Positions 14,822 through 28,180 are shown, counted from the first letter of the stretch. The stretch is DNA of 64,000 nucleotides from the human T2T-CHM13v2.0 reference genome, Homo sapiens (GCF_009914755.1 NC_060935.1), one strand, 5' to 3'. Notes: a model not told the origin generated them from the letters alone. Program-made: numbers and translations.

Positions 14822-14862
<41 letters not shown>
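14818..14862. repeat. (CG)3-(TG)n microsatellite
   Basis: gcgcgc directly followed by about 19 uninterrupted GT units. Confidence 0.97.
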
Positions 14863-14863
<1 letters not shown>

Positions 14864-16014
14864 CCAAGTGGAGGTGGACTCAGGGGAAGCCTTGCCTTGT
14901 CTGCAAAGCTTCTCCTAGCCCTTTGCAGAGGGCTTGGCATCTTTCTTCTGTGCCACTGATTTTTATACAAATGCCATTGCAGCACCTTTGAGGACATTCT
15001 GTCATTCTGTCCTACCAGGTAGTGAACTGCTTGAGGGTAGGAACCATAAATTAGCAATTAAAAATAACTGCCAAATGATGGACCAAAGCATGGCCCATAG
15101 ATTATCTAACACTTTAGTAAAATAGGAGGCAGAGAAAATGACACAAGATAGAGAAGAAGGAGAAAAAAGCAAGGAGGAGGAAAAAGTTGTCATTTTCATA
15201 AAGAGTTCTGAAGAAGCTTTTGGTCACTTTGCATTTAATCCCCTAAATCAATTTGCCTGCCTGGAACCCGGGTCTGGGGTGCTTGCCATGTTGAGGATGA
15301 GCTGGCTTCATTTCCAGCTACTGGACTCGCAGATAGAATTGTCCTTGATGTTCCGAATAGAGAGAAAGGCAGAGACTGACAGAGCGGGAGTGTGGGGAAG
15401 GCTCCTGCAGGGACAGAGTGTTCTAACCTGCTGAGGCGGCTCCCATGGAGCCATGAGCTGCGTGCAAATGGCAGTCAGTGTGTGCTTTGAAGCCTCCAGC
15501 CTTGGGAACTTCAAACAAGGGGAGGACAGACAGATGATCTATGGGAAATTAACATCTAAAAGGTCTAAAATCTGTTCTTCCTGTCACCTTAATCTCCTGC
15601 CTGCTCACTGACAGTATTTACTTTCTGAACATAGTGAACATTTAATACAACAGAGGCTCCCACACACTTAACTTTTCTAAAACAGAAAATCTTACATTTC
15701 AATACAATCCATTTTAATTATTTTATTTCTTCACTGCATTTTGAACTGTTCCTTTCTCTAGGTTTTAGAAGATTTCCTTAAGGAGTAGAGTAAATGAACT
15801 TTGAGAGAAGAGGTAGGCTAGCAGGTGGAATGCCCTGCCACTGCTCTGGCAGCTCCATGGTCACCTGGCAGATGCTCATGGAATCATGTGGAGTAACAGT
15901 GCCTGCTGGGTCAGGGGCATGTTTTCTGCCTCTTACCTTTTGATTTATTTTGATTCCTGGAATAGATCAGCTCACTTTGAAGTATACCTAGGAAGGATAT
16001 ATAATTTGTCTATA

Positions 16015-16355
16015 CCCACCCACCCATGGATTTATCCATTCACTCATCCATCCAACTATTCATCTACTCATCCATCCACCCATCTAACCACCCATTCATC
16101 CACTCATCAATTCACCTTCTATTCACCCACCCATCCATCCACCCATCCATCTATCCATCCATCCACCCATCCGTCCATCCATCCATCCACCCACCCATCC
16201 ATCCATCCATCCACCCACCCATCCATCCATCCACCCACCCATTCATCCACTCATCCATCCACCCATTTATTCACCCACGCATCCATCCACCTACCACCCA
16301 TCCATTTATTCTCCCACGCACCCATCCACCCATCCATCCATGCATCCATTCACTC
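16015..16355. repeat. Degenerate (CCAT)n/(CCAC)n tetranucleotide repeat
   Basis: Direct reading; source of the HPS/IHP low-complexity ORFs. Confidence 0.95.
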
Positions 16356-16500
16356 ACTATTTGTGCATTCAGGAAGAGAGTCAATCTACAAACATCTTTA
16401 GAGTACCTACTGTATGCCCAGAACTATACTAGATGCTGGCAATAAGAGAAGAATAATTTGTGGCTCTTCCTTTAATGAGAATATGTTCTACACAGTCTGA
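16350..16500 (-). mobile_element. L2 3' end
   Basis: aaacatctttagagtacctactgtatgcccagaactatactagatgctgg. Confidence 0.6.
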
Positions 16501-16517
16501 GCACCATAAGCAGACTA

Positions 16518-17208
16518 TTTCTTTTTTTAAATTTCCAACTTTTAAGTTCATGGGTACATATGCAGGATGTGCAGGTTTGTTACATAGGCAAACATGTGCC
16601 ATGGTGGTTTGCTGTGCAGATCATCCCATCACCCAGGTATTAACCCAAGAATCCATTCGCTATTCTTCCTGATCCTCTCCTTCTTCCTCCACCCCAGGCT
16701 TGGACAGGCCCAGTGTGTGTTGTTTCCCCCTGTGTGTCTTATGTTGTCATAATCTAGCTCCCACTTATAAGTGAGAGCATGCGGTATTTGGTTTTATGTT
16801 CCTGCATTAGTTTGCTAACGGCAATGGCCTCCAGCTCCGTCCGTGTCCCTGCAAAAGACATGATCTCATTCCTTTTTGTGATTGCATAGTATTCCATGGT
16901 ATAAATATACTACGTTTTCTTTATTCAGTCTATCATTGATGGATATTAGGTTGGTTCCATGTCTTTGCTATTGTGAATAGTGCTGCAATAAACATACACT
17001 TACATGTGTCTTTATAAGAGAATGATTTATATTCCTTTAGGTATATAGCCAGTAATGGGATTGCTGGATCAAGTGATATTTCTGCCTCTAGGTCTTTGAG
17101 GAATCACCAGTCTGTCTTCCACAATGGCTATACTACTCTACACTCCCACCAACAGTGTCAAAGCATTCCTTCTTCTCCACAACCTTGCCAGCATCTGCTG
17201 TTTCTTTT
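16518..17208 (-). mobile_element. Older L1PA (about L1PA13-16) 3' fragment
   Basis: Antisense L1 3' end: gtgcaggtttgttacatagg...cagatcatcccatcacccaggtatt...ctcccaccaacagtg. Confidence 0.93.
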
Positions 17209-17679
17209 TGAATGAGTTATACACTCCTATTTTGAATAACGACATATTTATTTTTGGCATAATTTTCTAGAAAGCTAGTAATACAGATTATACATTAGAA
17301 GGGCCTGGAGTAGATGCATGGTTCATCTGTAGTAGTTTAGGAAAGCAAGCCCAGACACATTGCAACAATTCTACTTACTACCCTCACAAAGAAAGCATTG
17401 GTATATTTTTACATCTCATAACTGAAGTCATCTTAGAATAAGGTGTTTTCTAGAGTGTTCCATGGGTAAAGGCCAAGAGGGTTTAATCCTAGATATGAAG
17501 AGGCTCTCTGAGCTGTCTTCATGGTAATCGTGGTCAGATAAGGTACACAGTGATTTAAAAAGACATACGAGTTTCTTCCTTTAGGGAGCTACCAGCTGAA
17601 TGAAAAGGTACAGCATTAAACGACACCAAATTGTTTTTAAAAAGGAAAACTTCTTTTGCTCACAAGCACTGTATAGACA

Positions 17680-18030
17680 ATAAAGAGATGTACAGGATAG
17701 CTGGGGAATTCGCATGGTGTAAAGTCAGGTAAAGTCTTTCCGAGGATGTGACATTTCAGTTGAAATCTGAAGGAAGAGGGAAAACCAGCACTGCAAAAAG
17801 CAGAAGGAAATGTACTCTACACCAAGGAAGCATCAAGTGCTGAGTCTTGACATCAGCATGAGCTCAGTATGTTGGAAAATCAAACAGAGGTGAATGTGCT
17901 TGGAGCCCAGTGTGGGAGGGAGAGTAGAGGTAAGTTCGGGAGATAGGGGAAAAATTAGGCCACGATAAGGAGTTTGGATTTTGTTTTAAGAGCAATGGGA
18001 AGACTTTGCAGGTTTTGAAGGAGAGTGAAT
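17680..18030 (-). mobile_element. L2 fragment
   Basis: gaggatgtgacatttcagttgaaatctgaagga...ggagtttggattttgttttaagagcaatgggaag. Confidence 0.7.
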
Positions 18031-18416
18031 ATTTAATTTATTGTACAAATGCAGATACTTTTGAAATTAAAAGGGGCACTCTTAATCATTAGACCTGGAC
18101 ACAGGGCATAAACTGGGTGCTGCAGGTAACTTGGGATGTAGGTTTTTCCTGGTTTCAAGTAGTATGGAGACAAAACTTCTGTTTCTAAAAGATTGTTCAA
18201 ACTGCTTAGCAAATAATACATAGGAGAGTGAGGGTGGAAATGCAGGCAATATAGACCAATGCAATGCACAGATTTGGGAAGGGAGGAATGAAGATGCGGA
18301 TGTGTGGGACCGGTGCTGATGGGAACATCTGGGCCCTGTGTCTGTGAGGTGCTGAAATGCAGCAGAGTCCCAGTCCTGGACAGGGAACACAGGTGATCTG
18401 GCAATTCTAGATCATC

Positions 18417-18560
18417 AGAATGAAGAAGCACCACTTGCAGCTTAGAAATAGTAAATTTAGAACAATTTAAGCGGAGGACTTTTTACCCAGCAGGTAGTAC
18501 GTACAAGAAACTTGCTACTCCAAGATGTGATTGAGACTCACAATCTATCAAGGTTAAAAG
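18417..18560 (+). mobile_element. CR1/L3-clade LINE 3' fragment
   Basis: Reads RMKKHHLQLRNSKFRT...FTQQVV, resembling the CR1 ORF2 C-terminal RTRGHxxKL...FR...FFTxRVV motif. Confidence 0.5.
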
Positions 18561-19796
18561 AAAACGAATGGAATGAGTTGCTAAGGGAAACTTGGTTATT
18601 TTGGGTATGTCCATAATGTTTTGATATTAATTTAAATGAAAGTTTACCACAGCCTCTCCATACCACACTCAGAAGCAATAGAGGACTGAAAACCTTTGTG
18701 GATAACTCTGACAATTTTCACATCTTAAATTCCCCACTCTACCAACAAGCTCAGATCTTACTCATTCCAGCAAAGAAAACAAAACAGATAACACACAAAA
18801 AAACAAAGCTTTCTTTTGTTTCTGCCTTTCCTTAAACTACCACATCATTTTCCTTTTTCCTGTTATTGCCAAATCTCTTGAAGTAGCTGTGTATGTACAC
18901 TTGATAGCCTTCATTTTCTTGCCTTCTGTTGCTCCTTAAATCAATGCCTTTTAACTTTCATCCTAACAATGTGTTTAAAGAACAGTCAAAATTCTTCAGC
19001 ACAGTGAAAATTCCTTAATATCAAATGCAATTACATTGCTCTTCGGATCCTTCTGTCTTGTTTGCAGCCCTAGGAGGTCTTTAAGCTCCCTACACATCAG
19101 AGACCCCCACCTCCCTGCATGGATTTTGACTTCCTTGGGGTAAGGACTGTGCTGGATCAATCCTCCATCCTCAATAGCTAGCTTAGTGTCTGACACACGT
19201 CAGATGTTTATGAAATATTGTGGACTTGGATTTGGTTTAAAATGGCCTACCCTGTTCTCTGCCAGATCCCCACGCCTGAAGATGGTGAGTGTCCAATAAA
19301 TGTTTGTTGAATACATGAAAGAAGAAACTCCTGGACTGATTAGACAGTCGCTGCGTATTTATTGATCCCTTCTAGGGCACAATACTGTGTTTGGAGCACT
19401 GGTACTTGCTGGGGTGAATAAAGTGAGAATCTTACAGCCACGGTCTTAGTTTCCTCATCATCCTTTCACTCTTTAGCAGCTTACAATGCTAATTTTTTCC
19501 ACATCTCACTGCTACTGCAGAAACTCCATCTCTAAGAGTATGGAAATGTCCTTAAAAACATCATATATAATGACTTTTTCTTAGACCCCAGGAAAATTAT
19601 ATATTGCATAATTTTATAATTAAGAGACAGAGATCATCTAATCTAAGAGTCTCCAAATTTTTCAACGAATAATACTCATTTCTTAATCCCCGTAACACCA
19701 TTTTCAAGAATGTCTCACCAAAATTATATTCAGCAACAATTTATTTTCTCCTTCAAATAAAGGCATATACATATCTGTCCTCAAAGCCACTGACCA

Positions 19797-19910
19797 GCAT
19801 TCATTCACAACTGAATATTTATTGAGTTATTATGACCCCAGTGCTGTGCTGGATGCCAAAAATTAAATGATGAACAAAGCAGATTCCTTTCTTGATCTTA
19901 CGATCTAGTT
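19797..19910 (-). mobile_element. L2 3' end
   Basis: cattcattcac...atatttattgagttattatgaccccagtgctgtgctggatg. Confidence 0.6.
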
Positions 19911-20109
19911 AATGGGAAAAATCCAAGCTTCCCATACTAGTTTATGTAATACCAGCCAAAAGAAAAGAAATGTCTTATTTAGATTCAAGCGCCCTTTGAA
20001 GATGTATGTATTCTTTTATGCATGTGTTTGAAAATTTTAAAATATGCCTGACTACCTTGGAGGCTGTACTATACTGTGGGAATGTCCAGATGTGAAGCCA
20101 TTCACCTGG

Positions 20110-20240
20110 TCTAATAGCCCATTTTACAGGCAAGGACGTTAAGGCCCATCCAGAAAGCTTTATCATAGCTTGCTAAGGATCACACATCTAAGCAATGATA
20201 AAACTGGGGCTGGCAGCCAGGTATACATTTGCAATCCTGT
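20110..20240 (-). mobile_element. MIR fragment
   Basis: cccattttacaggcaaggac...aggccc...ttgctaaggatcacac. Confidence 0.6.
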
Positions 20241-20939
20241 GCTTTTTCCTTTTTTCTCCTTTGATAAAAAAGCCCTTGATCCTTTTTTTACCTTTTTATA
20301 TAATCTTAAAGTATCTAAGAAGTTTGTTAGCCCTAGAACCTGTTTAACTTGGTTTAATCCAGCATTTTCCAAATGTAACTTACCCACTATCCTCTAATGT
20401 CACTGGGCAGTTGTCACCATCTCCTGGGACACAGGCCTTCCACAGAACAGACACAGGTCAACACTGACCCAGATAGTGAAGTTCTAACTCCTTTACTTGT
20501 CGTTGAAGTCTCCTAACCCCAATGTTGCCATCTCTGTCTTCCATGACTCTATGCATCCTCTTCTAAAATTATACTATACCCCTGAGCTATTTGATTCCCT
20601 TCCCCGAATATGCCTTGCCTTCCATGGCTGTGTCCTTTCTCACATCATGTCTTGGCCTGCTGCAGCGTCCCCTTCCTATCAGCCCATCTCAGTTCCAGAC
20701 ATCTCTCCAGCTTCCCATTCAGTGGCCCTCAATGAGTCCAGCTGGAAATCATCATTTCTCCTCTCCCTCCCATAGTACTCACTGGCTGTACCTTTCATCT
20801 GGCAGTGAAAATGCATTACTTCTTGCTGCTAGTTCTCTTTGCGTGTTCACACGTCTTTTCCTGGGGATAGGAACCTTGTCTTTTTCTTTGTAACTCCCAC
20901 AGGACAAGCAGTCAGGAAAAACGAGAAATTTGAAAGCTA

Positions 20940-21800
20940 GTCAGGATTTCTCCTTCTCCCTCACCCTCACTAAATGACACCGCAGATTTGTACATCTTTC
21001 CTATCTCCATTGCTAAAGCCTTAATCCTGGCCTATTATTTCTTGTTTAGTCTATGTTATTGTCTCCTAACTTGTCTCCTTATCTCCTGGCTCACCCACCT
21101 CCAATCATCCTCCCTGCACCCTCCTGCTAGATGACCTTTCTAAACTAGAAATCTGATCAAGTTATTCCAATGACATCTCATCATTTGCAGGATTGAGCTT
21201 CGTCTCCTTCAGGTAACATAAAAGACCCTTTATTGTCTGGTTCCTGACAGCTCTCCCCCTTTCTCTGTCTCCCCCCATTTCCTTCATACCCCTCTCTCTG
21301 CCTACTCCATCTCTTCCAGCCTCCGCCCCGCCCATGCCTCACCCTTCCTTTCCAGTCTACATTTTATCATACTGAGCTCTTATGAGGTTCTGGAATACAT
21401 AAGTTGTTTTGTGATTTCTGTACATGCTATTGTGTTTGCTTGAAATGCTAACCCTTGCCTTCCTACACACTCTCTTTTCTTCATGCTATACTTTTTCATT
21501 TCTTTTCATTGGCTCTGCTTCTGTTAGTTACTTTGCGGAAGCTTCTATGAATAGGCCAGGATGAGCAAGTTGATTCTCTCCCTCTCTCCCTCTCTCTTTC
21601 CATTTCTCCTTACCCGCCCCCACCCATGCACATATTATTAGACACATTGCTTTGCAATTATTGAAATATTTATCTGTTTCCCCAGTTGGGCTAAGAGCAG
21701 AGGGGAATGCTGTTTGGACAATCCTTGTATCTCCGTCTTCTACTAAAGAATCTGGCCAATGTGAGGAGCTCAGTATTTTTTGAGTAAATCAACACATGTA
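20940..21800 (+). mobile_element. L2 fragments
   Basis: ctcctaacttgtctcc...ctttctaaactagaaatctgatcaag; 3' end ...gagctcagtatttttgagtaaat. Confidence 0.6.
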
Positions 21801-21936
21801 TAAATTGTCACCATTCGTAGAACCCAGGAGGTTTTCCGCACGCTGGTGGGCTAAGTGAATATAAAATCGGATGGTAAGTTAAGTGAGAAGAGCCCTGCAA
21901 ATGAGGCAATAGCAGCCGCAGGTGCTTTGTTCTCAC

Positions 21937-22030
21937 CTAAGCGGACACCGAGCTCACTGGCTTTGCTGAAGCAGCTCTGCAGCACGTTGAGCCGCAGCAG
22001 CTGGAATTGCTCTCGTCTGAATCCTCCCTT
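21937..22030 (-). other. Candidate internal exon (94 nt) of a putative minus-strand transcript
   Basis: Strong acceptor gtctttcactccctcgttccctattccag| and donor TAG|GTGAGA; open frame KGGFRREQFQLLRLNVLQSCFSKASELGVRL(G). Confidence 0.45.
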
Positions 22031-22362
22031 CTGGAATAGGGAACGAGGGAGTGAAAGACTAGCACATAATCTGTGGGGCTTAATCTTTCTTTGCAAATCC
22101 CCAAATACTGTGAAATTGGCAATAATCCAGGCAACTCCAAACTTCTGCTCACCAAATAGTCCCCACCCTGCTTCTACAGAGGGCAGCTCAGGTGTTTTAA
22201 ATGCGGAAGTAGCTAGTAGAGAGCAACTTCACTCCTGTAACCTAATTCATTCTCAGCCTGGAAAATGGAACGTAAACATCACAACCTCAGCCAGTCAGAG
22301 TTTTGCCGCACTTCAGCTCCTAGGAAATCATTTCAATTCCTCAAAGTCTATTTTCCCCTTCA

Positions 22363-22363
22363 A

Positions 22364-22394
<31 letters not shown>

Positions 22395-22510
22395 GTGTGC
22401 ATCCGTCTGTCCGTCTGTCCGTCCATTCATCCGAGAGACACATCGGGTGTCTTCCTGGTGCCAGGTATGTTTCAGAGAATATGGTTATGTTTATAGAGTT
22501 CACAATTTAG
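22363..22510 (-). repeat. (CCAT/CCGT)n microsatellite fused to an L2 3' end
   Basis: catccatccatcc...ccattcatcc followed by L2-like gggtgtcttcctggtgccagg. Confidence 0.7.
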
Positions 22511-22864
22511 TAAATATTTTGTGTCATCTAAGAGTGCTCTAAAAATCTATAATCCTGACCAGTAGAAAAAATAAAACTTTTGAAAATTAAGGTTTCAAGA
22601 AAGCTCTTATTTCTTAAAACTGTATAGAGGACTGAAAATCTGGAGTTAATAAAGACCTTGGTACGGTTGACTTTCCCGTATGTGCTACTGGGAATCCAGG
22701 TGTCTCAAGGGACAATTAAGAGTATGACTGCCTCTTGTCCCTTTCGAGTAGTCCTTTGAGGGTTGTTTTATCTTTCTCCCATTTTAACCATATTTTACAA
22801 GTCTAACAAGACTTGAGAGGGTGATGCTCTGAGACTTCACTTGTGTTCTTGAGACACATACTCG

Positions 22865-23065
22865 AGTGGGATCTTGGTTCCATTACTTTCCAGTTCTGTG
22901 ACTTGGCTACTTTCTATAACCGCTCTTTCCCTTGGTTTCCTCATCTGGAAAATAGGAATAATAATAACACTCATTCTCTAGTGCATCCCATGGTGAATGC
23001 TAGCTGAAATCAACATATGTAAAAGGCTTTGCAAATGCCTGGTTTAACGGAAGTGCTCTACAAAC
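22865..23065 (+). mobile_element. MIR
   Basis: ctgtgacttgg...cttggtttcctcatctggaaaataggaataataataac...tatgtaaaaggcttt. Confidence 0.8.
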
Positions 23066-23489
23066 AGTATTGAAGAGGATGATGTCGATTATGATAGTAA
23101 AAATAGATTCTGAGACACTTTGTATTTCCATTTTAGAAGTGCCTCCCCTTTTTTTTTTCTCCTTTTCTCTTTCTGAGACTATTAAAGGTTGTTCTTATCA
23201 GTAAGGGCAGCTTTTCCCCTTTTCTCACTTCCTCCCCACTCCCCCTTTGTCTGGAGGTTCCTTGGCAGAAAGGAACATGTGTTTCTTATATGTGAGTAAC
23301 TCTGATATCTATTAGAGTCTGCTGAGTGCAGAGAGCTTAGTCACTCCTGGGGGATGATGCGTCTATATCGGGCCTCAGCTCCTATCTACAGCCTCCGTCA
23401 ATGTCAAAAAGATTTCAGGGCAGGTGTGAGGTTTAGAATTGAGGGAAGGACAAGAGCTAGTGAGACAGCCTTCACTGAGAGAGGGACTG

Positions 23490-24030
23490 ACGGGGCCCCC
23501 ATGACCATCTCGTGTTTGGAGGGTCTCTGGAAGGGCTCCTGAGACTCAGCACACAGTGCTGCTCATGGCTGGGCTTTATTCCTGTGCCATGGTGAGGACA
23601 CAGGGCTGGATCATAAGGGGTCAAGGCACAGGCAGAGTCTGAAGGAACCCATGTGAGACTTTCTTATGCTCTTTCCGTCCCAAGAGGGTCCCACAGAGCC
23701 CACTGTCCCTCCACAAAAATGCAGCAAAACATGTGGGATGTTTCTGCCCAGGGAAGCCCAGTAGAGACTCGGAGTCTAAGGTCTTAACTGGACGCTGGTC
23801 ATATCGTCACCCTCTCCCTAGCACTTACTAACATACCAGATTCCCAGAAGGAAAATACGTATTCAGCATAAACCACATTGCTTGCACGGATAATCTAGGC
23901 ACAAGGAGCCACGCTTACTAGTTAACGAACAGTGGAAACCTTCCTGAAATCCAAGTTTTCTGGTGCCAGCCAAGGACCAACCATGCAAGCAGGCCTTTCT
24001 AAGGGCAGCAGGTCCCAGGAAGTACACTTT
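23490..24030 (-). mobile_element. MER21 (MER21C-like) ERVL LTR
   Basis: ccagattcccagaaggaaa...ttcagcataaaccacattg...gcaagcaggcctttctaagggcagcag. Confidence 0.75.
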
Positions 24031-24569
24031 CACCACCCCCTGAATTCTTAGCTACATTTCCTTGGTAGAGGTGATGGTGGGGCTACATCATCTTTCTGAT
24101 TTGCACAACCTTCATGGACACACGTTTATCTCCCTGTCTCTTGCTGGCTACATACTTATGAAAAAGGCCTGGCTGCCAGAGGCATGATAATGCCAAAGAC
24201 ACTGATGTCCACAACTGGGCACCTCCTTGTGAGCTGGCATCACTTAGAATCGAGCCTGATTTGCCAGGGGCTTTTGCACCCTGTCGGTTGGCCTCCACTT
24301 CCCTTAGGGTGTAATCTTAGTCCCCTAGGATTTCTTCAGCCCTACCCCTGGCTTTCTGGCTTTCCCATGGGTATCCTGTTACTGAGAGCTGAGCATGAAG
24401 GGGACAGTGGAGTCAGAAAAAATATCCCTGTCAGCTGCCAAAAGAAGACATCATTTTCCATTGCATGTGAGCTCTATTATGAAGAGCTAGGAAGGGCCTA
24501 CACATCAACACCAAAATATTAATAAAAAGAAGGCTGTACGGTCCTATCCCCAAGTGCTAAAAAGACTTT

Positions 24570-24990
24570 AGACCAATGTGACCTGTGGTATAATTGCACA
24601 ATTTCAAGCAGCCTTTCTAAATTAAAACGTAATCCCCCCGCAGTGAGGGGCTTGGGTGGCCCCTCCCCCTCCCTGGGATTCATTTCTCTCTTCCAGGCCC
24701 ATCTCTTTCCTGCCGTAAATCTCTTTCCTTCTGTCTCTCTGTCTGTTCATCCTTCTATGTCCTCTATCTAGCTTTTCCTTTCTTGATAAAAATTAAGGAA
24801 AAACAACTTGATAGATTTTCTGATAACCTTCTAGAAAGTCTCACCGGGTTACATTTTGCTTTAATAGCATTTAAGCCAATCTGCCTGATGTTGCTGTAAA
24901 GGTCAATTAAATTCACCCTAAAAATTTCACTCCTGGCTCATTATACAATTGGAAAATGAATTAGAAGCACATGCTGCCCCTGAGGTTTCT
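24570..24990. promoter_or_regulatory. Candidate enhancer (nuclear-receptor and homeodomain motifs)
   Basis: TGACCT 24579, TAATCC 24630, AAAGGTCA 24898-24905 overlapping CAATTAA, other TAAT/ATTA cores. Confidence 0.35.
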
Positions 24991-27900
24991 GATATTTCAC
25001 TAATGAATATGTCTTAAAATGCAAAAAGAAAAAAAAAGAGAGAGAGAAAAGAAAAAAAGGTGTTGTAGGCCACACAGCAGCTTGCAGTGCTACCAGCTGG
25101 TGCAGAACATTGTCATAGGCAGTGGTCTGAGACTAGTGAACACTAGGTAGGCCTGTCTCCACTCCACATTCAGAGGTGTTCACAGGTCCCAAATGCACGT
25201 GGGTCTGGTCAGCTCTTCACCACTCCTCTGCACATCCAGAGCCCACTGTTAAACCCCAGGGGAGGCATCCAGCTCACCTGACTCTTCGTTGGCTGCTCTT
25301 AGTGCGGTCTCAAGGACCACAGTTCAGTTTAATATCAGCCTGAGCAAAATGTGATTCTGAAGGTAAATCTACAAGGATCTTTGTGGGCAGAGCACGTGTG
25401 TTGCAAAGCCAGGTCTCAGTTGATCTGGGGATTCTCAGACTGTCTGAGAATTTTAGCATTGTAACTGTCTGAGGAGAGAACAGCCCTGTGGAGGAGGGAA
25501 CATGTATTTCTGGGTCACTCTGAGGGCACAACTGGGGCCAAGAGTACAGAGAACACAAAGTCAAGTTTGAGCCCGACTTAAAGAAGTAATTTTAACTGAC
25601 TTTCTCCCCAACTCCTGACAAAAGAAAGCCATCAGACAAGATAGCAACTTCCTTGTCCCTGAGGAAGGCTTCAACAGAACTGAGCAACCCTGTCCCAGGA
25701 GTCCATGTTTCAGGTGGAAGTCTCCTTAATTCATTCACTCATTTCTTCATTCTGCATATTTATTGCTGTGTCCTAGACAGTACTAATCTTGAGAATGAAC
25801 ACAATTGCCTAGTTGTTATGTATGAATCGAGGGTTGTTTTTTATTTTTGTTTGATGGTAAGGTTATATTTTAAAAGAATATACCATATCTAAGTCCCTAG
25901 TTTCAAAAACTGTCCTAAAATTCAGATTTTTGCTCACATTGGAGTTGTAAAGGACTTTCATGTTCCTCTTATAGCAAAGGCTGTGACTTTTCTGCTTTCA
26001 TGAAACTGCAAACTGGTATTTATTTTAGGACAAGATGGCTCCAAACCTCGAAATATGAGTTATTGGATGTCTGTCTTCAGGTTTAAGTATAAACCTAGCT
26101 GAATTGACTAAAACATATAGAGACAATCTCTCAAGCCTTTCAGAGCGGAGAGAGGAAGTCTGGTTGCTATCCTCCATGCCTCACAGATGTTCCTATAGGA
26201 TTTTAGGATTCCAGACTAGAAGTGACATTGAGGTCATCTCACTGAAGCTTATCCTGTCTAAAACGAGGAAGCTGAGGAGGCTTCCCTTGGGTAGTACAAG
26301 AACAAGACATTCTTCAGCCAGGGTCTCTAGACTCAAGAGCAGTGTTCTTTCATGGTACCATATTGACTTCCTCCATTTGCAAAATTGTGCTACTCACATG
26401 TATGGTGTTTTGGAAGGTGGAACCAAAATTTCTAGGAAGAGTGAGATTGCAAACCATCATCATGTGTGTTGAGAGTGGCCAATCAGGCAGTGAAGAAAGG
26501 GGGAACTGGTGAAGCCCTGGGCATTTCACCTCAGGGCTGCTGTCTCTGGCACCCTGATGGTGCTCCTCAAAGCCTGCTTCTGAAAGATTTCATCCAGGTG
26601 TTGTTGATGTTTCCCATTCCATTTCCTGGTGTCTCCATGTCCTTTTTCTTTATTGCAAACCTGGTGTCAGCAGATGTTCTTGGGGTCCTCCTGACTCCAC
26701 TGTGCAGCAGGCTGAGTGCAGTCAGACTGTCATTGAGAAGTACTGTAACCTGGGTCCAGGAAGCGATGCTCCAAGTCACTCAGCCACTCCTCAGCATCAC
26801 TGACACTCAGCATTCTAACCTTGGAACTGCAGAAATATAGTCGAATGCAAAGGCCATGAGCTAGAGATTCATGTTTGAATGAGGAAGGGGATTTCCCTTT
26901 CCTTCTTTCTAAACTGAACCTGCAAACCATAACATGGAAAGCTGAATACTGTCCTGTCTGACGTCCACAAGAGCGGGATATGGAGAAACATGAGCACAGA
27001 CTCAGGTCCCTCCCTCCTCCCATCTGCCTTCTCTTCCCTAAAAATATTCCACAGGTTCAGGATGTCCTGCTGCCAATCAAACATGAGCTCCCATGCCACA
27101 TGGCTGGGGAGGACCAGCCAGCGCTTGTAGGCCTGGCAAAATTGAGGATGCATTTTGATTTACTCACATTTAAATATCAGAGCTAGTTTTGATGACATAC
27201 TATGTAACTGAACATAATCAAGTTTCAGATAAACCAGAGCAGGCCCCAAAAGTGCACCTGATGAATTTCCTTGTAGAAATGGAGTGTTGGCAGAATAAGA
27301 AATGGAATGCATGGAGTGCCCAGCATAAGAAGTCGGGGGTCAGGGAGGAAAGGAGGGAAGGAAAGAAGAGAAGTGAGAGGCAGGGAGTTAGATCAGTCAA
27401 TCACACAATTACCCTGAAGACAAGAAATAGAAGGACTATCTAATTTAGGATGTTATATATCCTCTTGAAATGTAAAGATTTAGACAAGAAAAGGGGCAGG
27501 GGAGAAAAGCAATCCAACGAAAGACGAAACAAATCCATCAGGGCAGGATCCATCAGGAAGGAAAGAGTGTGGAGCGACTCCTTTGCTTAATGCGGGCTTC
27601 TGGTCAGTCCCTGGAGCTTGTCATGTGACAGCAGGATTCTCCTGCTGCTGGAGAGCCTAATAGGCAGGATTGGTCCAGGAACTCCTCCCGCTGGACTGAC
27701 TGGTTTCAATTAAGACTATCACAAAGGCTAATTATCATTTTAAACCTGACTCTCAGGCTCACTCTCCCTCTTGCTGTAAATGGATTGCTTAATGGTCCCA
27801 GTGCAAGGCTCTGAAACCCTGGAGGTTTCCTATTATTTCTTTGCCTCCAGCAGGGACCAGGGACTTCTAGAGTGTTAGGTTTCAAGGGAGAATAAGAGTA

Positions 27901-28039
27901 GCAATACCCTCTTTCTTTTTCACAGAAACAAAGACTGTTAGCATTGAGGGAATGTTCGATTTTGGTTTTGATATAGTCGGACCTTCTACTGCATGAAAGA
28001 GTTTCCCTATGTGCCACCTCTGACCAGGATTTCCTGGCA

Positions 28040-28180
28040 TTGTTTGAACACAACTGGTGAGAGGGAGCTTGTTACCTCCTGGTCCATTTTGGACAGTTCT
28101 CATATTCAGAATGTCTCTCCTAATGTTGAGCTGATATCTGCCCTTTTTAATGTCCATGATTCTTTCCCAGTTCTGCCCTG
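28040..28180 (-). mobile_element. CR1/L3 LINE 3' fragment
   Basis: Minus-strand peptide KKGRYQLNIRRDILNMRTV resembles CR1 ORF2 C-terminal RFRLDIRKNFFTVRVV. Confidence 0.55.

Noticed and set aside
15886-16445. HPS/IHP-repeat ORFs
   Set aside because: Products of the (CCAT)n microsatellite
21855-22496. 213-aa plus-strand ORF
   Set aside because: Starts at GTG, has no recognisable domain and ends in a CCAT microsatellite/L2; the splice signals here point to the opposite strand
27629-27647. Small hairpin CAGCAGGA-ttc-TCCTGCTG (also an imperfect one at about 33921-33944)
   Set aside because: Stems too short for a pre-miRNA and expected by chance in 64 kb
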